A stretch of DNA of 64,000 nucleotides from Emiliania huxleyi CCMP1516 (lineage: Eukaryota), in the NCBI RefSeq assembly GCF_000372725.1, contig NW_005201192.1, forward strand, positions 620,001 through 684,000, given 5' to 3'. Below the pieces are notes generated by a model that worked only from the letters and a program-made list of their open reading frames with translations, made no database searches and was not told where the DNA came from. Below are positions 34,701-46,019 of this stretch, one piece after another. How positions within the stretch are numbered: position 1 is the stretch's first letter; each line of letters begins with the position of its first letter. A program made the translations under genes and the position numbers.

Positions 34701-35343
34701 AGCTCGAGGCCACCAGCAAGAAGAAGCCGCGCTCCGACAAGGGCAAGCCGAGGGGTCCTCGGGGGCCCAGGGCCGACTCGGTGGAGACGGCGGCCCGCAT
34801 GGGGGTGCGGGGGTGCTGTCGACCTTCTACCTCCGGCACGCCTATGGACGGGACAGCCCGGGGCTGCATGAGGAGGACGGGGTGCTCTCCGCGAATGGGG
34901 GGGTTCTGTGTGCGGGGTGTGGAGAGGAGAATGTACCTACCTAAGATAAGCTTGAAATGATAGTCTAAGCATAAGCTAAAAGACTCATCATCATCTTGAA
35001 TAATCTTACAGACATTCGCTATCCATCTTTAGATCTTATCCTATCAACCTTATCTCTAACAATATCTGCGCTTAATAAACACGGACAGCTGGAGGAACAG
35101 GCTTACAGTCGTTTTCATCCCTAGTGGTCCTGATGACATCTCTGTAGTCCAACTTAACTTCTTCTCCAGAAGCGGTCTGGTAAGACAAGGTGTGCACTCT
35201 CCAGTTCTCATCGTCTCTGCTAGGGTAATCGTGCTCTGGTTTGCCCCCTTCTGGATTCCTTTCTGGCAGAAGCAGACTTGCCTGTTTGAGTAGCACCACT
35301 CAACCAGTTCTGCAATTCCAACGTTTCTACCAAATCGGAGTTC

Positions 35344-35443
35344 NNNNNNNNNNNNNNNNNNNNNNNNNNNNNNNNNNNNNNNNNNNNNNNNNNNNNNNNN
35401 NNNNNNNNNNNNNNNNNNNNNNNNNNNNNNNNNNNNNNNNNNN
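35344..35443. other. Assembly gap (100 N)
   Basis: Run of N. Confidence 1.
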
Positions 35444-36284
35444 GGAAGAGGGGGAGGCGGCGGGGATCGGGGAGAGCGGTGAAGCAGCCCACATGAGGGG
35501 GGTGACGAGGCGGTCTCCGAGGCGGAAGGAGCAACTGGCGCGCAACCTGAGGGAGTCCGGGCGGGTACGGGGGGAGGCTGCAGTGCCCATGCATGCCTGG
35601 GCGGCAGTGGCCACTGGTGCCGCCCAGGCATGCGTTGACGGAGGTCATGGTTTTGAGAGACGGCAGTGCCCACGCATGCGTGCAGTACCGCGCAACTTGG
35701 CCACTGGTGCAGTGCACACCCAACCTCTACTTAGTACATCAACACCTCCCGAGGGGCTGTGGTGTTAACCGTTAACGCGTGAAACCTGTGGAGGCCCGGT
35801 GCGACCCCACCGACAGCGCGAGGCGTGACGAAGTGGGGTGCTGAGGGCCCCCGCGGGGTGTGTGGCAAGTGCTAGCAGAGCGGGTTTCACCTTTGTGAGC
35901 GCGCCTTCGATGTTACGAACAAACACAGGCAGCAATCACATCACGGATAGGTTAGCAGGAGCCAGGACAGTTGAGACGGCGCGACAGTCGTGTACCTCGC
36001 TCTCTCCGTTGTTATCGCGTCCACCAAACCACAAGTAATCATCGCAAACCCTGTCTGCAGAGTCACCGGAAAATCGCCAAAAACTAACAAAAGAATTTTA
36101 AAAAAAAGAACTCTTTCACAGCCGAAGGCTAACAAAAGAAAGACAGCACCCTCCCGACAGGAGCGAAGGCGCGGCCCGAGAGCTAGGAGAAGGGGACGCC
36201 GGCCTGGACCTTAACGGCGCGCCCCTTTACCCTCAGCGCGGGACCCGGTCGTCGCGGCTGCCTTGCCGCTGCGACGACCGTTCG

Positions 36285-38640
36285 ATGCAGTCCAGGCAGC
36301 AGAGTCTGGCCATCGTCCTTCTTCTTCTCCTCTCGCTCTCCCTCTTCTTTCTCGGGCCCGAGGACCAGAGCGCCGCGCCGTCTGCGCTCTCCTCCGACGC
36401 TGATGAGGGTGAGGGCGAGCAGGAAGGCAGCCTGCTGCTGGCAGGCGAGGGGAGCTCGACGCTGCACACGCCGCCGCCGCATTCGATCGACGGCGAGGAG
36501 CGCATCGAGTCGGTCGACTCGGTGTGCGACCTGCCCGAGTTTGCCGTCGGCGCACCGCGGCCAAAGATCGCCATCTTCGTGTTTGCGTGGCGACGACTCG
36601 CCTCGCTGCGCCGGCTGGTCGACTCGCTGCTGGCCGCCGAGTACTGTGGCCACACGATGCCGCTGACGATCATGGTCGACGGCGGCGCGCTGGCGGCGGT
36701 GCGAGAGTACGTGCGCGGCGTCGAGTGGCGACATGGGCCCTTGCGGCTGGTGGTTGCGGACGACGGCCCCGCGCCGGTGGCGTCGCTCGGGATCCGCGGG
36801 ATGTGGATCAACTGCTCGAGCCTGGCTTCCGCCGGCGAGCTCCGCGACGACGAGCACATCCTTCCGCTCGAGGACGACATCGAGGTGCCGCGCCTCCGCT
36901 CGCGACGGCAGGGACAGCGCCCGACACGCCCACGACACGTCCACGACACGTCCCCTCAGGTGTCGCCGCTCTTCTACTGGTGGCTGCTGCGCGCGGCGCG
37001 CTCCTACGGCCCGATCGGCGACGGAACGCTGATGCGGCGGCGGCGGCTCGTCGGCATCTCGCTCTACACTCCGCGGCTCAACGAGATTCATTACCCGCAA
37101 GTCAAGTGGCTGCCGGAGGTGCACGAGCGTGCGCCCGCCTTCCTGCTGCAGGTGGGGGCGCCTCTCCTGCCGCCCGCGCCGCGACCCCTCCTGCCGCTGC
37201 CCTCCCGCACCCGCCCTCGCACCCCGCCGCCGCCAGTGCCACCGCCTCTCGACACCCGCCTCCCGGCCGGCGCCGCCGCAGGTGCCGTGCTCGTGGGGCG
37301 CCCTCTTCTTCGGCTCGCACTGGCGCGACTTCCTCAAGTTTTACGCGCTGCGCGTGCGGCCGCCCTTCTTCGACTTTGCGCAGGAGGCGGCGCAGCGAGG
37401 CGTCGGCAAGCACCGCGAGCCGCTCGGCGAGCGGGCCGCGCGGCACGGAGCCAGGGCTCTTCTGTGCAGCCGTCCGTCACGCGGGTGGTGCTGGCGCGAG
37501 TAGGCGACCCGCACGTGCGGCTGCCCGCCTCGCGCTCCAACGTGTGGCCTCGCAGCTGGAAGCGGTTCCTCATCGACTTCATGTACGGCCGCGGCCTCAC
37601 GATGCTCTACCCGAACCTGCGGCTGCAGCGCTCCTTCTCGACCACCTTTATGGAGCGGGGCGGCCACTCTGCAAAGGACGGGCGCGAGGAGGCGATCCAG
37701 GCGAGGGATCGCCGCGAGATGCAGCCGAGATGGCAGCCGAGATGGCAGCCGAGAGGCAGCCGAGAGGCAGCCGGGCGACGGCCGGGCGAGATCTGCCCGA
37801 AGCGCCCCTAGTGTTGCCGCATCTCTCCCCGCCCCGCCGCAGGCCACCTCGCTGCGGCGCGACACGGACCCGCTCAAGACGGTGCCGCTCGTCCTCGCCT
37901 CGCAGACCAACGCCGTGCAGCGCGCCATGGCGGAGCTCCCCTCCTTCGCACGGCTCGGCGTCTTCGACCTGCAGCACGAGCGGCGCTCGGCCGAGCGGCT
38001 TGTCCAGGCGGGCTTCGCCTTCACCGAGAGCGTGCGGTGGTGGGGCCACCACCGCGCAGCCGCCGAGGGCAACCCGGCGCTGCTGCCCGCCTACGCCGCG
38101 CTCGCCGACCTGTGGGCAGGCCTGCCCTCGCCGGCCGACCCGGCGGTTGGCTCGTGCGCCATCGAGGTTCTGCCCGCCCTCGTGCCGCGCTCCATCGCGC
38201 ACTCGCTCGAGGCCCTCCAGCCCGCGAACCTCAACCTCGCCAACCTCAACCTCGCCGCCTCCTCGGCCCCGCCCTCCTCGACGCCGCTCGCCGTGGAGGC
38301 TGCGGCTGCCGAGGCCGAGGTGGCGAGGGCGGCGGCGGCGGCCGCCGCGGCGGCGGCGTCCGCCGCCTCGAGCAAGCCCTTCTCCGGCCGGTACGTAGTC
38401 TTCCAGCCGCCCTCCGGGCTGGGCGAGTACTTTGTCGCCCTGCGCAACGCCGCCGGCATCGCCGCCGCGCTGCACCGCACCCTCGTGGTGCCTCACATAC
38501 TTTGGGACGGCAAGCTCGACTCGCGCATGCGCTTCTCCGCCATCTTCGACCTCGCGCCGCTGCGGCGCGCTATGGCGGCGGCGGGCACGCTCGCGGGCTA
38601 CTCGGGCGCCCTGCTCGAGGCCCTCCCCCCCCCACCCACA

Positions 38641-38736
<96 letters not shown>

Positions 38737-40854
38737 CACCCACACACACACACACACACCGCCCTCTCCGCCCGGCCTCGCAGCCGCTGGGCACACCGCA
38801 GCCCCGCGCGCACACAGCGGGCGCTCTCCGCAGGTGGACGACTTTCTGCAGCTGCGCCTCGCGCCCGACTGCCTCCTCTTCCTCCACGTCAAGGACCCGC
38901 ACTTGCTCCCTTCGCGCGCCTACTTCGACGCCGTCGCCGGCTGGTCGAACCTCTCCGCCATCCACATGCCATCGCAGATGTGCGCCGCCGCCGACTACCG
39001 CCGCCTCTACGGCGGCTGCGGCGCCCCCGTGCTCGCCTTCTCCCACCTGTACGCCGCCTTTGAGGGCTTCCCGCCCGGCTCGCCGCTCGCCGCCTGGTTT
39101 GCGGACGAGCTGCCCGCCGCCTTGTCCACGTCCGACTCGGAGGAGGCGACGCGCAAGGCGGGCCGCATCATCGCGCGGCTCGCCGCTGAGACGGGCTCCT
39201 TCTCGTGCATCCACCTCTCGCACCTCGACGCGGCGGTGGTCTCGTCGCGCGCGCCGCTCACGCCGACGCCCGACTCGGCCTCCTTTGGCGACGCGCACGA
39301 GGCGGACACGAGCGCGCCACACGCGGTGGCCGTTGTGGCGTGGCGCCACCCCACGCCCATGACACGTCCACGACGCGTCCTCGGCACGTCCACCAGGTGG
39401 TCGACGTGGCGGGGCCGGCCGCGCACTCGGTGCCGCACCTCTCCCAGGACAGCGGCGGCGCCCCGAACACGCTCCGCCTCCCTAGCACCGCGTGCGACGC
39501 CTTCGACGCCGAGTCGCACCAGCCCGCCGGCCGCGCGTGGGTCAAGGAGCTGTCGTCTGCAGGCTACTCGTGCCACGTGAGCGAGGCGGTGCTGCGCGCC
39601 AACCTCGCGCGCCTGCCGCCGCGCGACCCGATCCTCATCCTCGCCGACGGCGGGCGCGCGCTGCCCGAGCGGCTCGCCGAGCGCGCCTCCAACGAGCTGC
39701 GCTCCGAGTTCCGCCACGTCGGCGACGTCGTCGCCCTGCTCGGCCTCGACATCCGGCTGCCAGAGTGGCCGAGCGTCGAGCTCGCCGCGTGCGCCGCCGC
39801 CTCGACGCTCCTCCTCAACCGCTACTCTCCGCTCTCCGCCCTGCTGGAGCGCCGCGCCTCGCGCCGCGCCGTCGCATTCGCGGAGAGCGCCGACGGCAGC
39901 GCGGCGGCGCCCCGCTCGCTGTGGTGGATGCGGGTGGGCTCCGACCGGTGCGTGCCGCTCTTCACGCGCACCTGCCGCTTCGACCTGCAGCCCAACCGCT
40001 TCGGCATCCTCGGCCAGTTCGGGCCCGAGCGCAAGCTGCAGCTACAGACGTACAACGTCTCCTCCCTCATCGGCTGGGACGGGCGCGTCACGCCAAACGC
40101 CTCGATCGAGCTCGAGGTGTACGTCTCCAACGAGTCGCACGCGCTCGCCACCTTTGAGTACACAAAGGACAACAACAAGCTGGGCCTCACCTTCGTCGTG
40201 CCGCCGCCCGCCGGCGGCTGGCGCGCCCACACGTGGCAACCGCTCGTGCTGCCCATCCGCGACCGGCACTACTCGTTCCCGCGCCTTACGCCGTGGGACA
40301 ACATGGACCGGCTCGAGCTTTACTACGCGCACCCACACCAGCAGCAGCAGCGCGGCGACTACGTCCGCATCCGCAACGTCTACCTGCGCTCCTCGACGCA
40401 GGCGCCCTCCAGCGAGACCGCGCGGTACACGCCGTGCTGCGACCTCGCGCCCGTCGACCACGCGCCCGCCCGGCGCCCCTCCGAGCAGCTGGCGGCCTCC
40501 GCCGCGGCGTCCGGCGGGCGGGCGGCGCCGCCGCCGCTCGACCTCCTCCCCGCTCCGGCGATGGGCGCGGCGGGCGCCGCGCTGGCTGGGGCCGACGCGG
40601 CAGATCCGCGCGAGAGGGGCGGCGGCGACGGCAGCGCATGGCAGCCTGGCTTGCTCTTTTGGCTGGCGATCGTGTTCGGCGCGCTCTTCGTCGCCCTGCT
40701 CGGCGCCGTCCTCTCCGCTGCCTATATCCTGAGCAGGACGCACCGCTCCCAGCCGCTGTCCTCCACCGAGGCACGCGTCGCCCTCGGGCTGGGGGCGAGG
40801 CAGATTATGGAGCTCGCCGGCGGCAGCAAGGCGAAAGGGGACGAGGACGTGTAG
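36285..40854 (+). CDS. Multi-domain membrane glycosyltransferase (GT-A domain, O-fucosyltransferase-like domain, C-terminal TM), about 7 exons
   Basis: N-terminal anchor; FAWRRLASLRRLVDSL, LEDDIEVSP, QVPCSWGALFF and SWKRFLIDFMYGRG; then FQPPSGLGEYFVALRNAAGIAAALHRTLVVP; a beta-rich domain; and the TM helix FWLAIVFGALFVALLGAVLSAAYIL. Confidence 0.75.
38641..38759. repeat. (CA)n microsatellite, intronic
   Basis: Seen directly. Confidence 0.97.
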
Positions 40855-41031
40855 ATTACCGCATTTTCCGTCATCATGAGATCTTTGTATCTACCGTACC
40901 GTGTGTGTCGCTGTCCCTGCCGGTCTCTGTCGGTGTTTCTGTCATGGAGGCTTCCGGCTTCGAAAACTACACAATCTGCACACACAGCACAAGATGAAGA
41001 CGAGAGAAAGAGCCGCGCGCACAACAATAAC

Positions 41032-41924
41032 CTGAGGGAGGGTGTAGAGGATGTAGAGTGTAGAGCGCTGTAGAGCTGTAGAGATGTAGAGCGCTGTAGA
41101 GCTGTAGAGCTCTACATAGAGCTGTAGAGCTCTACATCCGGCGCGTGACGATGTGAGTCGCCTGTAGAGCGATGTAGAGCGCGATTTTGCTGTAGAGTTT
41201 GTTGTAGAGGCTCTACAGCCAAACCGCCGGGAAGGCAGTGACTCAAAGAGGTCGAGCCGCGCTAATGGGGTGTCTCCGAGCTTACTGGAGCTCTGATGGA
41301 CGGCCCTGACTATCCCTGACACACAGAGAGTCACTCTGACGGCACACAACACCCTATGACTGCGTCATGACCAGCCTGCCATGTGTCGCCGTTGCCGCAT
41401 TCGTCGCTGTGCTTCTTTAGCAGGCGGTGGACTGTCGGCTGCGAGGACGGTCGCATTTGCGCGAGGCGAGGCGAGCATTCAGACGCGTTGCATGCGCCAT
41501 GACTCGCGCCAGCGCGTGCGGGAGCTCCTGGCTGAGCGTTGAGTCCAGGCGAGTTGCGCTGGCCACTATCGCTACGCCGAGCCGAGCTGACGCGCCGAGG
41601 CGCCGGCCAGTCGCAGCCGTGAGGCATGCCACAGCAGCAGAGGCACCTGCCACCCATTGGGCGGGCAGACAGAAGGCCAGGGCAGCACTGGCAAGTGCAA
41701 CGCGCCTCATGTCGGAGAGCGACCGTGCCTCTCGTTCGCCGCTTATGATGTAGAGTTTGTTGTAGAGATTTCACGTTGTAGAGCGCCTCTACATCGCTCT
41801 ACAGGCGACTCACATCGTCACGCGGCGGATGTAGAGCTCTACAGCTCTACAGCGCTCTCCAGCGCTCTACATCTCTACAGCTCTACAGCGCTCTACACTC
41901 TACATCCTCTACACCCTCCCTCAG
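41032..41924. mobile_element. Foldback-like non-autonomous element with long TIRs made of TGTAGAG subrepeats
   Basis: CTGAGGGAGGGTGTAGAGGATGTAGAG... at the left end and its reverse complement ...CTCTACATCCTCTACACCCTCCCTCAG at the right end. A partial inverted copy is at 52851-53142. Confidence 0.85.
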
Positions 41925-42639
41925 ACAGACAATGACCACACACCCCGCGCCGCCGCGGCCCGGCCCCAGATCAGTTCACACACTGATCACACGCACGGAC
42001 AGTCCGAGAGAACGCAGCGCGCGAAGCGAGGTTCGGCATCGACCGCCAAACATTTTCTCTTTCAAGTAAAATTCAATAACATCAACCTGCCTCCTGAGGC
42101 TGAGCGATGGCTTCAGATTGTATAATCAAGACCCTCCCTTCCCTCCCCTTCACGCAATTTGCTTCACGTTTCTAACTCGTACTTGTCTTTCCCGCAATTT
42201 AACTCACGTCCTTTTTCTTTCCTTCTTTCACTGCATGCACATGTACATGTGCAACATGTCTCGAGGTTTCTAAAAAGTGGAAAAGCTGGCTGCTCCCGCT
42301 TTTTAGTAGTTAGAGGCGCACGTCCTCTCTTCGCGCGATCGATGGATGTTGCTGCTTTCCGTTGCTGATGCCCTGCACTCCTTTCCGGATCAAACATGGA
42401 TGACGCGCAGCTTGCCGCGTGGCTGAAGGAGAACGCGTTCGTCAAGGAGGGTGTGTAGGTGATGGCAATGGCGTCTGACGCCTCTGTCTCGGATACCGCT
42501 TTGACACAAAGCAGCACGACGCCCTCAATCTTGGCGCCTAGCTCAGCAAAGACGTCGGTGCGCCCCCTCCGTGTGTGCTACTGCTGCTTGCGTGAGGCTT
42601 ATGAAAAGGGCAGATCGTGGGACTGGGCGATCAAAATGT

Positions 42640-42825
42640 CATAACAACCAGTGGGAGGTGTTATGAGTGTTACTGTATGAGGTGTTATGAGGTGTTATGA
42701 GGTGTTATGCTTATGGTAGGGTGGGCATAACAGCCATAACAGTGATGGAGGTGTTATGGGGTGTTATGGGGTGTTATGGGGTGTTATAAGCAGCCAGCCA
42801 TAACAGCCATAACACCTGTTATGGC
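42640..42825. repeat. TGTTATG/CATAACA motif array in both orientations
   Basis: GGTGTTATG units interleaved with CATAACAGC units. Confidence 0.85.
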
Positions 42826-43010
42826 CGCTCTCCTCCTTCAATTGGGGCCAAATGTGACATGCAACGCCAACGCCGAGTCCCACGGAAGGCTACTCGTAGG
42901 AGGTAGGACGTGGCGCGAAAGGGCGACCTTCAAGCAGAAACACATGGGCCCAAGACGCACGAGCCGCGACCTTCAGTCCTTTACCAGACACCAGACAGAG
43001 AGAGGAACAC

Positions 43011-43507
43011 CCATCACTGAGCCGACGATGCTATGGGTAGCCCCAGGGTGGCGCCCACCCCCATACCCTCAGGCACTTGCCTGCGCCCTGGCCGCGCATG
43101 CCGCGCACGCACGCGCGCGCCCAGCCCGCGCACACAGCGCACGCACGCGCGCGCACGTGCGCGCACGCGGCACTACGCGGCACTACGCAGCACTACGCGC
43201 CCGCCCGCGCACGTGCGCGCACGTGCGCGCACGCACGCGCACGCACGCACGCGCACGCACGCGCACGCCCGCGCGCACGCCCGCGCGCACGCCGCACTAC
43301 GCGGCACTGCCCAGGTTCCCTCACGCTCAGATTCCCTCACGCTCAGATTCCGTGCAAGGGGATGCCGAGGTATGCCGCAGGCCGGGATGGAGTGAGATCT
43401 TGCGGGGCAGGGCGTGGGCTAGCGCGTGAGGGCGCAGGCAAGTGCCCGAGGGTATGGGGGTGGGCGCCACCCTGGGGCTACCCGTAGCATTGTCGGCTCA
43501 GTGATGG
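43011..43507. mobile_element. MITE-like element with TIRs of about 79 bp and a GCACGC-rich core
   Basis: 43011-43089 is the near reverse complement of 43429-43507. Confidence 0.85.
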
Positions 43508-44102
43508 TAGGTAGGTAGAAAGGTGAAGAACAGCCAGGCTCGGACTGGACACCAACGCGGTGATGGGTATCCTTAGAAAAAAACTCGGGGAGTCCTCCGG
43601 AGTATCTAGATAGGGACCACAGTGGGTTGCGGGCATTAAGAAACCTTACCATTAAGAAACCACGCCGAGCGATTTTCGCAAAAATCTAAGAAACCACGGC
43701 GCGCCGCAGGCGCGGCCCCGAGAAAAGGTCAGACACGAGTGTGAACGGGAGCCCCAGCTCAAATTTTCTCTTCGCCTGCGGCGCGCGCACTTGACCACTT
43801 GTCACTTTTTCCAAGTCTGCGGTGTTCTGAGTGGAGTGGATGGAGGCGTGTGTGCGTCTTCCTACTTCCCGTCATCCAGAGAGCCGACTCGGCGGCAGAC
43901 TCTGGCATCGCCCTCGCGGACCGCAGCTTACCCCTCTTAGCTCTTACCTAAAAATCCTTCGGGCCGGCTCTGGCTTGAGTGCCGGCCGGAAGAAACCACG
44001 GCATGGGGTGGGTGAGGGGTGAGGAAAGGCTTAGAAACGGCGGCGCCACAGCGGCACTCTCTTGACCAGAGCCTCTATCGCCAGCCAGGTATATACGTGT
44101 AT

Positions 44103-45680
44103 ATGGGCGTCTGCGCCCTCGTCCACCTCCCCGGTGCCCGCGAGGCGGCGCTCTCGGCGCGGCTGAGCGCCATCGGCTGCACTCGCGCCGGCCGCTGGCG
44201 CACGCACTGCCTCTACTTCAAGCCGAAGGTGGCGGCGGCAGCGCCGTCCGCCGACGCCGCTGAGATCGCGCCGACGCCGCCGCTCGAGCCGCCGCTCGAG
44301 GAGGTGTGCGTCCTCCATTACTCCGAGAGGCCAGAGGTGTACTTTGTCTGCCGCGCCGGCACGGTGCAGGAGAGGCTCGGCGACCTTGCCGGCGTCGAGG
44401 CGTGCACCCTCGGCGAGAGCACGCTCGGCGAGACCCACTCGCAGCGGCTGCGCATCACGGCCGAGGGCGCCGAGTTCCGCTTCGGCGACTTCATCGTGCG
44501 GCTCGGCGGCCTCTTCCTCAACGCGAGCGTCGGCGGGACGGTGGTCGAGGCGGAGTACTTGCCGTGCTCGCGCGCCGGCTGTGGCGAAGCCGTGCTCAAG
44601 GACTTTGTGGCGCTCCTCCTCGAGGGCGAGGCGGCCGGCTTCGTGGCGGGCGAGGCGCCGCGGGCGGCGGGGCTGCCGCGGCGCTTCGGGCGCGGGCACG
44701 CGGCGCTGCAGTTCGTGCGGCTGCTGCGCGGCTCGCGCCTGGTCCAGCTCTCTTCCGACGGCGGCGAGGCGGAGGCCGAGCTCGGACGGCGGTACGCAGC
44801 GAGCCAGCAGGCGAGGAAGCGGCTCGTCGAGGAGGAGGCGTTGCGCGTCCAAGGGGAGAGGAGGGCGGTCCGGGTGCTCGTCGCCGGCCCGCCGGCGGCT
44901 GCGCGACGCGTGCTGCTGCTGCACGGCTACGGCAGCAAGCCGGAGACTTGGGCGATCGTCGGCGCCCTCGACCGGCTCGCCGAGCGGGGTGTGAGGGCCG
45001 TGGCGCCGGAGCTGCCCGAGATCAGCGAGCGGGCGGTCGGCGCGGAGGCGGCGGCGGAGACCTCCGACCGGCGAACCTTTGTGGCGCGGCTGCTCGAGGC
45101 GCTCGGCTGGGGCGACAGGAAAGTCGCCATCGTCGCGGCGTCGGCCGGCGGCAGCTTTGCGACGCCGTACGTGCTCGCGCCCGCCACCCACCGCAACGTC
45201 TCCTGCTACCTCTCGCTCGCCGCGCAGCTGGACCGCTCTGGCGACGTCGCGCCGAGGAAGAGTCGCCCTCCGACGCTGCTCGTGTGGGGGGCGCTCGACA
45301 ACGCCTTCCCGTCCGAATGCCTCGCGGCCCAGCAGCAGTACCGATTCTTTGCGTTCGGAGACGTCCGAAACGCGCGAGAGGACCCCCGCCGGTCACAGTG
45401 GGTAGTGCTGCCGGGCGCGCCGCACGCTGTCCACGTCGCTTCGCCCGAGAGGTTTTGCAGCATGCTGCTGCAGCTCGTGCTCGGCACGAAATCGGAGAGG
45501 GAGAAGGTGACGGTCACCGCCGAGTGGGGGGATGTGGTCGCCACCGTGGTGCCAGCCGGGGGCGAGGCGGAGTCAAGGAGCGCAGTTCGCGGCACGGTGG
45601 TGGCGTCCCCGGCAGGCGGCGAGGCAGGGTCAGGCGGAAGTGTAGCTCAGCGTGGCACCAAAAGGGAGCGGGTCTCGTAG
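44103..45680 (+). CDS. Mediator subunit MED20-like domain fused to an ABHD14-like alpha/beta hydrolase
   Basis: MED20-like: MGVCALV...GRWRTHC...EGAEFRFGDFIVRLG...GTVVEAEYLPC. Hydrolase: VLLLHG...W, VAASAGG nucleophile elbow, TLLVWGALD and LPGAPHAVHVASPERF. One open frame. Confidence 0.8.
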   Translation: MGVCALVHLPGAREAALSARLSAIGCTRAGRWRTHCLYFKPKVAAAAPSADAAEIAPTPPLEPPLEEVCVLHYSERPEVYFVCRAGTVQERLGDLAGVEACTLGESTLGETHSQRLRITAEGAEFRFGDFIVRLGGLFLNASVGGTVVEAEYLPCSRAGCGEAVLKDFVALLLEGEAAGFVAGEAPRAAGLPRRFGRGHAALQFVRLLRGSRLVQLSSDGGEAEAELGRRYAASQQARKRLVEEEALRVQGERRAVRVLVAGPPAAARRVLLLHGYGSKPETWAIVGALDRLAERGVRAVAPELPEISERAVGAEAAAETSDRRTFVARLLEALGWGDRKVAIVAASAGGSFATPYVLAPATHRNVSCYLSLAAQLDRSGDVAPRKSRPPTLLVWGALDNAFPSECLAAQQQYRFFAFGDVRNAREDPRRSQWVVLPGAPHAVHVASPERFCSMLLQLVLGTKSEREKVTVTAEWGDVVATVVPAGGEAESRSAVRGTVVASPAGGEAGSGGSVAQRGTKRERVS

Positions 45681-46019
45681 AGCCGTACCGCGTACTGACG
45701 TAAGTTGTTCTTGTAGTTTCGAACTTTTAAGGAATATTTCTAACACTGGGACGTGCAGCACTGTGACCACTGAGAGTCTGAGTCTGAGACTGACCAGTTT
45801 GAGCACTGACCACACAGATCACAGTGTCGAGCCAGGCCGCAGGCGGAATTTTATGCGTGACGGGACGTACATGTCGGTTCGAGACGAGAGATCAGAGATC
45901 GAATCAGGAGCATGGTGGCAGCAGCTAGCAGGGACACCCGAGGGGCAACGTGGACCGCGACGGCGCTAAGTGCTTACCTCCGTGTCGGGAGACGGCCCCG
46001 CTCCCCGGCTAGTAGCCGA

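Noticed and set aside
34960..35343. AT-richer stretch with VRQG resembling a reverse-transcriptase motif
   Set aside because: Too short, lacks other RT motifs, and abuts the assembly gap where quality may be poor.
36524..38398. 624-aa Arg/Ala-rich ORF
   Set aside because: Alternative-frame artefact overlapping the glycosyltransferase exons.
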